NCBI GenBank assembly: GCA_043754515.1
Contig: JAYUUO010000178.1
Coordinates: 1-33,973, forward strand
Direction of reading: 5' to 3'
DNA length: 33,973 bases
Origin: Armatimonadota bacterium
GTDB lineage: Bacteria; Armatimonadota; Armatimonadia; Armatimonadales; Armatimonadaceae
Shown here: piece after piece, positions 1-7,237 of the stretch
How the letters are laid out: each line of letters opens with the position of its first letter
Position numbering within the stretch: position 1 is the first letter of the stretch
The notes under the pieces: model-generated
Told to the model about the DNA's origin: nothing
The model's database searches: none
What the model saw: only the letters and a program-made list of their open reading frames with translations
Position numbers and translations under genes: made by a program

Positions 1-1
1 G

Positions 2-136
2 ACGCGCGAAATGGACGGGCTGAAAGGGCACCGCAACGTCGGCGGGGTCCGGGCGTCTGTGTACAACGCGTTCCCGCGCGCGGGGTGCGTCGCGCTCGCC
101 GAGTTGATCACCGACTTCGCGCGGCGGAAGGGTTAG
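2..136 (+). CDS. serC: 3' end of phosphoserine aminotransferase (partial, runs off the window start)
   Basis: Frame from nt 2 reads [44 protein letters not shown], matching the SerC C-terminal LKGHR-x-VGG-x-RAS-x-YNA motif. TAG at 134-136. Confidence 0.9.
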   Translation, partial: TREMDGLKGHRNVGGVRASVYNAFPRAGCVALAELITDFARRKG

Positions 137-157
137 GCGGGAGGAGAGCGGGAGGTG

Positions 158-1717
158 ATGACTACCGCGTCAGCGCAAAAGGTCGCCACGGATTTGTTGC
201 GCGGCGACGGTAGCGACACGAGTGCGTTCGTAGCCGCTACTGTACAAGGCACGAAAAGCAACGAACAGGTTGTCGCACTCCTTCTGGATTTGTGTCAGGT
301 GGAAGAAGACAAACGACGCAACCGTTGCGAGCGGCTGTTAATCTACGCCTTACCGCTGTCTTTTTACGCATATTTAGCCGTGGCCAAATTTTATCCAGGG
401 AGCATCGAGGTCGGCCGATTCGGTGCCGCCGGCCTCGCGTTCGCGGTGATCTTTGGCGCGTTAAATCAGTGCAATGCTATTCGTCAATCCGCGACGCGTT
501 GGCAGGTGCAAGCCGCTCTAGCGGTGTGTCGGGCCGCGCCACGGGATACCAGAAGTCTAGCGATGCTCCTTGATCTACTCCCCGCCAACTTCGTGAGCGT
601 TCCGCATTGGAGGGAGGGGCTGAAAGAGGTATTCCCCGTCTGCGCCTCGTCGTTGTGGGACGCGGGCGACGATGCCGCCCTCGCGCTCGACCCATCGCGG
701 CACAAGCGGCTTCGGGGCACGTTAAACGCGCTCTGGGGCGGTAGCCGCGACCTGTCGGCGGGCGAGGCGGACTTTTGCGCGGCGGCGGCGCGGGCACTGA
801 CACTGACGGGGGATTTGACGGCTTCGCGAATAATGCGACGAATCGCTACGTCCAAGAGGAGTGGTGAAAAACGGGCTTTCGTGTCGGATCTCGCGAAAGA
901 TTGCCTGCCCCTGCTCGCCAGACGCGGAGCCGACAGGCGCGTCACCTTTGGAAAGTTCCGGGCCTTGCTCCATGCGCCTGGCAAAGCGATTGATCCAGCC
1001 GCTTTAAATGATCTATTGAACACCATCGGGCCGGAGGCGACTCAAGAAATACTCCGACGTTACGTGAGGGATATGAACGGCAGGTTTCAACTTAACCGGA
1101 TTGTCGCTAAATCGGTAGTAGTTGCGTCGCTTCTTCTCGCCGTGGCCCTCTGGACGCACCCTATACCTGCCGCCGACATTCACCCGGCATTTATTGTGTT
1201 CCCCCTCGTTTGCGGAACCGTATGGCTCGTAAGTTCATCGGACCCGAGGACAGGAGTCTCGAAGCTTCGGTTTCAATCCGTTCTAAACCACTCCGCTGGG
1301 AGTAGTAGTCGGACGCTTCTCGCCGATATTCTCGACATGCTCGCGCAGAAAAGTTGTCGTGGATTAAACACAGCCCGTGTAGCTAAGACCTTAAATGCTC
1401 TTCAACCAGGCGACAGCGTTTATTTCAAGTCGCGTCATCTCGCCTTTCTCCGCGACGTCGCGAGGAAGTGGTTGACCGATCCCGAGCCGCGGGAATGTAG
1501 TGCCGAATTAACGGCGGGCGCAATCTACGCGCTCGGCATCGCGGGCGACGAGAAGGCGATCCCGCTGATGGAACGTTATCTGCGCGACCAGCACCACGAG
1601 AACACCCCGCTCCGCGCCGCCGCGCTCAACGCCCTGCGCCGGATCAACGACGCGAAACAGTGGGCGAGTCGGTGGCAATCTGGGATCAGAGGTAACCAGT
1701 GGGATCGTGTTGAGTGA
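158..1717 (+). CDS. Hypothetical membrane protein with two copies of a [2 TM helices + helical HEAT/ARM-like] unit
   Basis: Long ORF with GGAGG-rich RBS upstream (start GTG155 or ATG158). Two hydrophobic hairpins. C-terminal HEAT-like segment AIYALGIAGDEKAIPLMERYL...LRAAALNALRRI. Confidence 0.7.
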   Translation: MTTASAQKVATDLLRGDGSDTSAFVAATVQGTKSNEQVVALLLDLCQVEEDKRRNRCERLLIYALPLSFYAYLAVAKFYPGSIEVGRFGAAGLAFAVIFGALNQCNAIRQSATRWQVQAALAVCRAAPRDTRSLAMLLDLLPANFVSVPHWREGLKEVFPVCASSLWDAGDDAALALDPSRHKRLRGTLNALWGGSRDLSAGEADFCAAAARALTLTGDLTASRIMRRIATSKRSGEKRAFVSDLAKDCLPLLARRGADRRVTFGKFRALLHAPGKAIDPAALNDLLNTIGPEATQEILRRYVRDMNGRFQLNRIVAKSVVVASLLLAVALWTHPIPAADIHPAFIVFPLVCGTVWLVSSSDPRTGVSKLRFQSVLNHSAGSSSRTLLADILDMLAQKSCRGLNTARVAKTLNALQPGDSVYFKSRHLAFLRDVARKWLTDPEPRECSAELTAGAIYALGIAGDEKAIPLMERYLRDQHHENTPLRAAALNALRRINDAKQWASRWQSGIRGNQWDRVE

Positions 1718-1748
1718 CTGCCCACGATCGCTCCACCGCTGATTTCTT

Positions 1749-2378
1749 TTAGAGGAGTTGTTGCACTGTTCGCAGGACGGGTGGGCGCGGTTCCGTAAAG
1801 ATCCACTCCCATCCCAGAGCGACGCCGTTCATCGTCTGCAAAACGAGCGGTTCGTTCTGCAGGACGGATTCCACATATCCGGTATCCGTTTTACGGAGCA
1901 CGCGTATGGTTTGCTTAGGCTGGTTGATGTACACGATTTCCGCCACGCTAATAGTCCGGTAATCGGTTTCGGTGGCGTTTATATCTGAGGGGCGGTCATT
2001 GGGCGAGATAATTTCGATCACAAGATCGGGCGCCCCGATCGTAGCTTTGCGCGTGATAATGTCCTCGCGGGGCCTGCGAACGAAAAAGAAGTCCGGCATA
2101 CGCCCCTTGAACTCTCCTATCAGCACGGGAGTACGCGTTCCAAGAACCGTGCCCACGGCCTTCTCCTGTGCATAAATATCCAGCACATGAAGTATCCATA
2201 AGTTTAGTTTCTCGTGTTCCAGTTGTACCATCGGTTTCTCCACAATCGTGCCGTCAATCAGTTCATCGAAGTCTTTCGGCCCGGATATTTCGAGCCATTC
2301 GTTGAACGTGATCGGGCGCGGATAGACAAACCGGGTGACCGTTTCTTCCACGCGTTCGCGGGTTAAAGTTAGCGACAT
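1749..2378 (-). CDS. Uma2 family (DUF820) PD-(D/E)XK endonuclease-like protein
   Basis: Typical Uma2 motifs ELIDG, H...., RMPDFFF, GAPDLVIEIISP. AAGGA RBS upstream. Confidence 0.88.
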   Translation of the reverse strand: MSLTLTRERVEETVTRFVYPRPITFNEWLEISGPKDFDELIDGTIVEKPMVQLEHEKLNLWILHVLDIYAQEKAVGTVLGTRTPVLIGEFKGRMPDFFFVRRPREDIITRKATIGAPDLVIEIISPNDRPSDINATETDYRTISVAEIVYINQPKQTIRVLRKTDTGYVESVLQNEPLVLQTMNGVALGWEWIFTEPRPPVLRTVQQLL

Positions 2379-2399
2379 TTCGGTATTCCTTGCGATAGT

Positions 2400-3185
2400 C
2401 TATCGCATCTCCTGCCCGCCGGTGACGTTGATCGCCTGCCCCGTCATGTACGCGGCGTCGTGCGAGCACAGAAACACCATCACACCCGCTATGTCGGAGT
2501 ACGTCGCGCCGCGCCCGAGTGGCACCTGCCCCTCGTACTTAGCGCGTACCTGCTCGCGGGTCAACCCTTGCATTTGCGCGTACTGGTCGAACAGCGAGTC
2601 CTGCCAGAGCGTGCCGTCGAGCAGATTGCCAGGGCAAATGGCGTTCACGCGCACACCGTGCGGGGCAAGGTCGAGTGCGATACTCTGCGTCAGTCCGATC
2701 CCGCCGAACTTGGACGCCGCGTACGCCCCGTTGCGGAACGAGCCTTTTTTACCGGACTTGGAGTTTATCTGCACGATCGAGCCGGACCTCTGCGCGACCA
2801 TCACCCGCGCCGCCGCCTGCGCCGACAGGAAGTAGCCGGTCAGGTTGACGTCAATCACGCGCCGGAAGTCTTCGGCGGACAACTCGGTCACGTCGCCTGC
2901 CTCAAGTATCCCGGCGTTCGCGACCAGAATATCGAGCCTGCCGAAGTCGGACACGGCGCGGTTGACCATCTGTGCGCACGACTCGTCCGAGGTCACGTCG
3001 GCTCGTACTCCAAGCACCCTGCGCCCCGTCTCGCTAGCAATCTTCGCGGCGGTGACTTCGGCTTTTTCGGCGTTAATGTCGGCAATCAGCACGTCGCACC
3101 CCTCTTGCGCCAGACGTAGCGCGAGGGATTCCCCGAGGCCCTGCCCCGCTCCTGTCACGATGGCGGATTGATTAGAAAGTCGCAT
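2400..3185 (-). CDS. srlD: Sorbitol-6-phosphate 2-dehydrogenase (SDR family)
   Basis: TGAGQGLG NAD site, NAG, YAASK catalytic motif. QINSKSGKKGS...SKFGGIGLTQS..LDLA..G..V...GNLL is characteristic of SrlD/SorD. Confidence 0.85.
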   Translation of the reverse strand: MRLSNQSAIVTGAGQGLGESLALRLAQEGCDVLIADINAEKAEVTAAKIASETGRRVLGVRADVTSDESCAQMVNRAVSDFGRLDILVANAGILEAGDVTELSAEDFRRVIDVNLTGYFLSAQAAARVMVAQRSGSIVQINSKSGKKGSFRNGAYAASKFGGIGLTQSIALDLAPHGVRVNAICPGNLLDGTLWQDSLFDQYAQMQGLTREQVRAKYEGQVPLGRGATYSDIAGVMVFLCSHDAAYMTGQAINVTGGQEMR

Positions 3186-3813
3186 CAGTCGTTTTGTCCT
3201 TGAGTATGCCGAGTAGAGTTTGAACCAGATCGCCTAGATCACCCAGTATAGTAAATCCTTGCAACAAGTCCTGCGTGATTATTTTCGTGTCGCGGTCGAG
3301 TATCGCGAAGTACCAGAGCATGCCGGACGTAATCGCGCCCCATAACACCCGCGAGCCGGATTTATGCCACTTATCGAGCGCGATCATTTCGGCGACGAGT
3401 TGCGCGACTCCGTGGCCCATATCGCCGTCTTTTGCTTCGACAACGAGGAGCGAACGCGGTGCGCGAACGAGGTAGTCGAGCCGACCTTTGAGTTGCGGGG
3501 CGACGTTGATGTTGTATTCAATACTGAGTCGCAGTTTCAGATACGCTACGACTTCAAGCAGAATAGGCGCGACCATTGTCTCGCGCCGCCCGGCCTCGTT
3601 GCCCAGCCGGATGAACGGCAACCACCGCGCGAACCGTGCTCGTAGGTCATCCGCCCAGGGCGGAACCCTGTCGGCATAGGGCAGACTCAACGCGCCCACC
3701 TCAAAGGTATAACCGAACGCGGCGGCTACGTCATCCGGCTCAGCGCCTAGCTTGAAATAGTCGTGGAACGAGGTGACACTCGCTGGGAGAAGAGGCGGGT
3801 TTTCAGCGTTCAT
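3172..3813 (-). CDS. Hypothetical PD-(D/E)XK-fold (restriction-endonuclease-like) protein
   Basis: NEAGRRE..VAPIL, GRLDYLV...LLVVEAK, QL.AEM, GAITSG..W.F pattern. Start ATG3813 (alternative GTG3825). 3' end overlaps the srlD start by 14 nt. Confidence 0.7.
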   Translation of the reverse strand: MNAENPPLLPASVTSFHDYFKLGAEPDDVAAAFGYTFEVGALSLPYADRVPPWADDLRARFARWLPFIRLGNEAGRRETMVAPILLEVVAYLKLRLSIEYNINVAPQLKGRLDYLVRAPRSLLVVEAKDGDMGHGVAQLVAEMIALDKWHKSGSRVLWGAITSGMLWYFAILDRDTKIITQDLLQGFTILGDLGDLVQTLLGILKDKTTDATF

Positions 3814-3834
3814 AAATGGTGGCACCTTGCCCGC

Positions 3835-5316
3835 TTATTGTACCGCTTCGCGCAGGAGTTCGGCTTCGGCTTCGTGTGTCCAGAATTGGCCATCCTTCAA
3901 CTTAGAGTAGACGTTCGGCCTGACCGTTTTCAGATCCGCGAGCGCGGTCAGCGGCAACGACTCTATCTGCGGGAATATCACGGTCTTCCCGGAGAAGCGC
4001 GAGTTCTTAACGCCGTCCAAACCTTCTTTATACGCGTCCATCCCACCGACGGCCGCGACCGACGCGCCGGTATCGAGCCGCCCGTGTTCCATCAGGTCGC
4101 GGGTGCGGCGCATGTCATCAATCGTCGAGCCGGAAGTGCCCACGATTCGCACGTTTTTGAGCACGATGTCATTCATATCCAGCGTCGCCATTGTGCCGCG
4201 CGCGACCCCGGCGAACACGTTTATCACGCCGCTTCGAGCGAGACGTGGGAAGCCGTCCTCAATCGCCTCAATGCTCGGCACCATGACCACGATGTCATCG
4301 TAGCCATTCGGCGCGAGGGCCGCGTGATCCGGCGCGCTGTCGCGGACGTTACTGTAGACCATTCCGACGCCGCGGCCCCGCGCCATCTCGCCCAGCCGCG
4401 ATTCCAGCGCGGCAAGGCGGTTATCGTTGCGGTCGGTGCAAACAATCCGCGCGGGCGGGTTCGCGAGTTGCAAAGCGCGCTGGACGTGCATCTGCCCCAT
4501 AGGACCCGCCGCCCCGATGAACCAGGTGGTACCGCCCGGCTTCAGGTCGCTACGCGTGTTTTCTTCCTCGCTGACGAATAGCCACCCGTCGTAGTGGATG
4601 CGCCCCACGTCTACGCGCACGGGTCGGGTGAACCGCCCCTTGCCGGAGAGTCTGATGACGACGTTGTGTTCGCCGCGCGGTATCCCGGCCAGTAGATCCT
4701 CGAATATTTCGGGGGAGGGCGTAGGGGGAAGGATGATGTCAGGCATGCTCGGGGGTTGCGTCCAGTGGTACGCCGCCTCGACGCACGCCCACGGCTCGAC
4801 CAGCGCGGCTTCGGCATAACCAGTCTCGTCTTTGACCGGGAGCAGGTAACAGCCCTCATCGCCTTCCAGCACTTCCGGCCCCACTAATCCGAACTGCGCC
4901 ATGCCGCCCGTCAGCGCGTAGCCATACGCGAGGTTCCGGCCTTTGTAGTAGACATCCGCCTGCACGATAAACCTCTGTCCCGGCTGAAAACGCCCCGCCA
5001 TGTCAGCACCCGCTTTGACGACCGTGAGCGCGACCTCGTGCCCCATCACAACCGGATTATGAAGTAAGTCACGCCCGACCAGCCGCGGATGCTCCGCGCC
5101 GAGGTTGACTATCTTGATGTCGGAGTAGCAGATTCCCACCGCGTCGTGACGCACCACGATCTCGTTCGCGGCGGGTTCGGGGAGGGTAACGGTCTCCGGG
5201 GCACCATTCTTACCGACGTTTTCTAGTCCCGCGCCGTAGAGATGCCAGCGTTTGGTCTTGAGGGGGGGCGTTTCGGGAACGTGCTTATAGGCGGCGTACG
5301 AGTCGAGGTCGGTCAT
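3835..5316 (-). CDS. Zinc-binding medium-chain dehydrogenase, L-sorbose-1-phosphate reductase (SorE)-like
   Basis: Catalytic Zn ligands in GICYSD, MGHE and LVEP. Rossmann motif FIGAAGPMG. No structural-Zn Cys cluster. GGAG RBS precedes ATG5316. srlD lies in the same run. Confidence 0.78.
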   Translation of the reverse strand: MTDLDSYAAYKHVPETPPLKTKRWHLYGAGLENVGKNGAPETVTLPEPAANEIVVRHDAVGICYSDIKIVNLGAEHPRLVGRDLLHNPVVMGHEVALTVVKAGADMAGRFQPGQRFIVQADVYYKGRNLAYGYALTGGMAQFGLVGPEVLEGDEGCYLLPVKDETGYAEAALVEPWACVEAAYHWTQPPSMPDIILPPTPSPEIFEDLLAGIPRGEHNVVIRLSGKGRFTRPVRVDVGRIHYDGWLFVSEEENTRSDLKPGGTTWFIGAAGPMGQMHVQRALQLANPPARIVCTDRNDNRLAALESRLGEMARGRGVGMVYSNVRDSAPDHAALAPNGYDDIVVMVPSIEAIEDGFPRLARSGVINVFAGVARGTMATLDMNDIVLKNVRIVGTSGSTIDDMRRTRDLMEHGRLDTGASVAAVGGMDAYKEGLDGVKNSRFSGKTVIFPQIESLPLTALADLKTVRPNVYSKLKDGQFWTHEAEAELLREAVQ

Positions 5317-5377
5317 GGCAGATTTCTCCAAAAGGAAGGCGCGGACGGCGACTGCTCGCGCCCTCGTTATGCCACTG

Positions 5378-5383
5378 ATTATA
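5378..5383 (-). promoter_or_regulatory. Sigma70-type -10 box (TATAAT) for the sorE-like/srlD cluster
   Basis: Perfect TATAAT on the minus strand about 60 nt upstream of ATG5316. Confidence 0.55.
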
Positions 5384-5403
5384 CCGCGATGCCGTCCGAA
5401 ACT

Positions 5404-5440
5404 CGCGCCGACCGTTTTCGTTTTGTTTCCAGTCGGCGCG
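5404..5440. terminator. Inverted repeat, probable intrinsic terminator downstream of csbD
   Basis: CGCGCCGAC (5404-5412) / GTCGGCGCG (5432-5440) perfect 9-bp stem with T-rich flanks, 12 nt after the csbD stop. Confidence 0.6.
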
Positions 5441-5451
5441 TTTGTTTTCGT

Positions 5452-5712
5452 TTACGCCTTGTGGTTGGCGTGGTTCAGCGCGTCGTGTGCCTTGTCGAGT
5501 AGGTTGCCGACGCCTTCTTTGACGTCCTCGACCAGGTTATGCGCGCCCTGCTTGACTTCGCCGACTACCTTCTCGGTCTTGCCTTGGACCTGCTCGGCGG
5601 TTCCTTCGGCCTGAAGCCCGGCGTCGCCGGTCGCTTCGCCGACGGCAACCTTGCCCTGGCCGATCACGTCGTGGGCGGTTCCTACTACTTTATCGTGCAG
5701 TGGGTCTGTCAT
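5452..5712 (-). CDS. csbD: CsbD family general stress protein
   Basis: DKVVG...G..K.AVGEATGD..LQAEG.AEQVQGK.EK.VG..K pattern, 86 aa. Confidence 0.85.
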   Translation of the reverse strand: MTDPLHDKVVGTAHDVIGQGKVAVGEATGDAGLQAEGTAEQVQGKTEKVVGEVKQGAHNLVEDVKEGVGNLLDKAHDALNHANHKA

Positions 5713-5804
5713 TTTCTTGCTTTCTCGTCGCCACCTATCCGGCGGCGTATCCGTCCATACAATACCTGAAAACGCGGGGCGAGAGGCGCGGTTCCCAGCG
5801 TGTT

Positions 5805-6041
5805 TTAAGAAGCGTCACGGCGGTCGGTGCCGTTCATGGGATCGTGCCGACTTTTCTGGCGGTTCTGGATCACGCTGACGATGCCCTGTCCGGCATAGAA
5901 TGAAAGCATGACGGCGACGCCGAACTGAACGGACTGCGACCAACTATACTCGCACATACGAATGCAGAAGATAGATGCGAGTACGGCGAGCGTAGCACGG
6001 TAGACCTGGAATAGTAGTTCGTTAAATGACAAACGGGTCAT
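5805..6041 (-). CDS. Small hypothetical membrane protein (78 aa, 2 TM)
   Basis: MTRLSFNELLFQVYRATLAVLASIFCIRM...VQFGVAVMLSFYAGQGIVSVI gives two hydrophobic stretches. Fills the gap between csbD and lipA. Confidence 0.5.
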   Translation of the reverse strand: MTRLSFNELLFQVYRATLAVLASIFCIRMCEYSWSQSVQFGVAVMLSFYAGQGIVSVIQNRQKSRHDPMNGTDRRDAS

Positions 6042-6133
6042 GAGATGGGGGGTAATGCCTTTCGTCGTGGCGTGGACGGCCACAAGCAGTATAGGGCAAT
6101 TTGCGTGCCATTTCCCGCGCCGGTCGCGAAATA

Positions 6134-6161
6134 CTTGACGCACCCTATTCTTGACGCACCC
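6134..6161 (+). repeat. 12-bp direct repeat CTTGACGCACCC x2 overlapping the lipA -35
   Basis: Copies at 6134-6145 and 6150-6161 (16-bp period). Confidence 0.85.
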
Positions 6162-6179
6162 CACGGACGGCGATATGCT
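6151..6179 (+). promoter_or_regulatory. Sigma70-type promoter of lipA (probably leaderless)
   Basis: TTGACG (6151-6156)-N17-TATGCT (6174-6179), 6 nt before GTG6186. Confidence 0.7.
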
Positions 6180-6185
6180 GTAATC

Positions 6186-7181
6186 GTGGATAGCAATACC
6201 TTAACCCCCTCGGATCCCGGCACAATCCAGCTCGAACGCAAAGTCGTTCGGCGCATCCCGGAGTGGCTCACTATTAAAGTACCGCGCTCTAAAGATATTG
6301 GCGGTGTCGAGAACCTGATGCGTGGGGAGCGGTTGGTGACGGTATGCGAAGAGGCGCGCTGTCCAAACCTGGGCGAGTGCTGGAGCAAAGGCACCGCGAC
6401 CTTCATGGTGATGGGCGACACCTGCACGCGTTCCTGCCGCTTCTGCGCCGTGAAAACGGGTAAGGGGCTGCCGCTCGACCCCGACGAGCCGCGCCGACTC
6501 GCGGATGCCGCCCGCTCCCTGGGTCTGAAGCATGTCGTGGTGACATCGGTCAATCGCGACGAACTGTTCGATGGAGGGGCGGAGCATTTCGCCCGCGTGA
6601 TCGAGGCACTGCGCGAGGCCGTCCCCCAATCCACTATCGAAGTGCTGACGCCCGACTTCCGGGGTCGGCGGTTCGCCATAGAAATCGTCTGCAAGGCGCA
6701 CCCGCACGTTTTCAACCACAACACCGAAACGGTGCCGCGTTTGTATCGCACGGTGCGCCCGCAAGCCAAATATGCCCGCTCATTGGACTTCTTGCGCGCC
6801 GTCAAGGAGATCGCACCTACGATTTTCACGAAGTCCGGGATCATGCTGGGACTCGGTGAAACGGAGGACGAGGTGATCGCGGTGCTATCCGACTGGAAGG
6901 ATGCCGGGGTGGACGCGGTGACCATGGGGCAATATTTGAAGCCCGGCAAGGGCTACCTGGATGTGGTCGAGTATCTGCACCCTTCGCGGTTCGAGCGGTA
7001 CAAGCAGATCGCGGAGGAGATGGGGTTCCTATACGTCGCGTCCGGTCCTTTCGTCCGCTCCTCATACAACGCGATTGACTTTTCCGACAAGTTCCTGCGC
7101 CCGTCCGAGATTACAGGAGCACCGCGCATACCCGCGACCCCGGGGTTGCGCCGACTTGACCTGCCGCTTGCCGTTCAGTAA
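6186..7181 (+). CDS. lipA: Lipoyl synthase (radical SAM)
   Basis: CEEARCPNLGEC auxiliary cluster motif, CTRSCRFC radical-SAM motif, FNHNTETV, VRSSY. Start reassigned to GTG6186. Confidence 0.96.
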   Translation: MDSNTLTPSDPGTIQLERKVVRRIPEWLTIKVPRSKDIGGVENLMRGERLVTVCEEARCPNLGECWSKGTATFMVMGDTCTRSCRFCAVKTGKGLPLDPDEPRRLADAARSLGLKHVVVTSVNRDELFDGGAEHFARVIEALREAVPQSTIEVLTPDFRGRRFAIEIVCKAHPHVFNHNTETVPRLYRTVRPQAKYARSLDFLRAVKEIAPTIFTKSGIMLGLGETEDEVIAVLSDWKDAGVDAVTMGQYLKPGKGYLDVVEYLHPSRFERYKQIAEEMGFLYVASGPFVRSSYNAIDFSDKFLRPSEITGAPRIPATPGLRRLDLPLAVQ

Positions 7182-7237
7182 CTCGGTTGTTCCCAAGAGG
7201 GCGCGTTAGCCACCCGCGCGGATGAAAGATCACCACG

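Noticed and set aside
6045..6185. 47-aa N-terminal extension of LipA in the ORF track
   Set aside because: It spans the promoter and repeat region and is not LipA-like. GTG6186 fits the promoter spacing.
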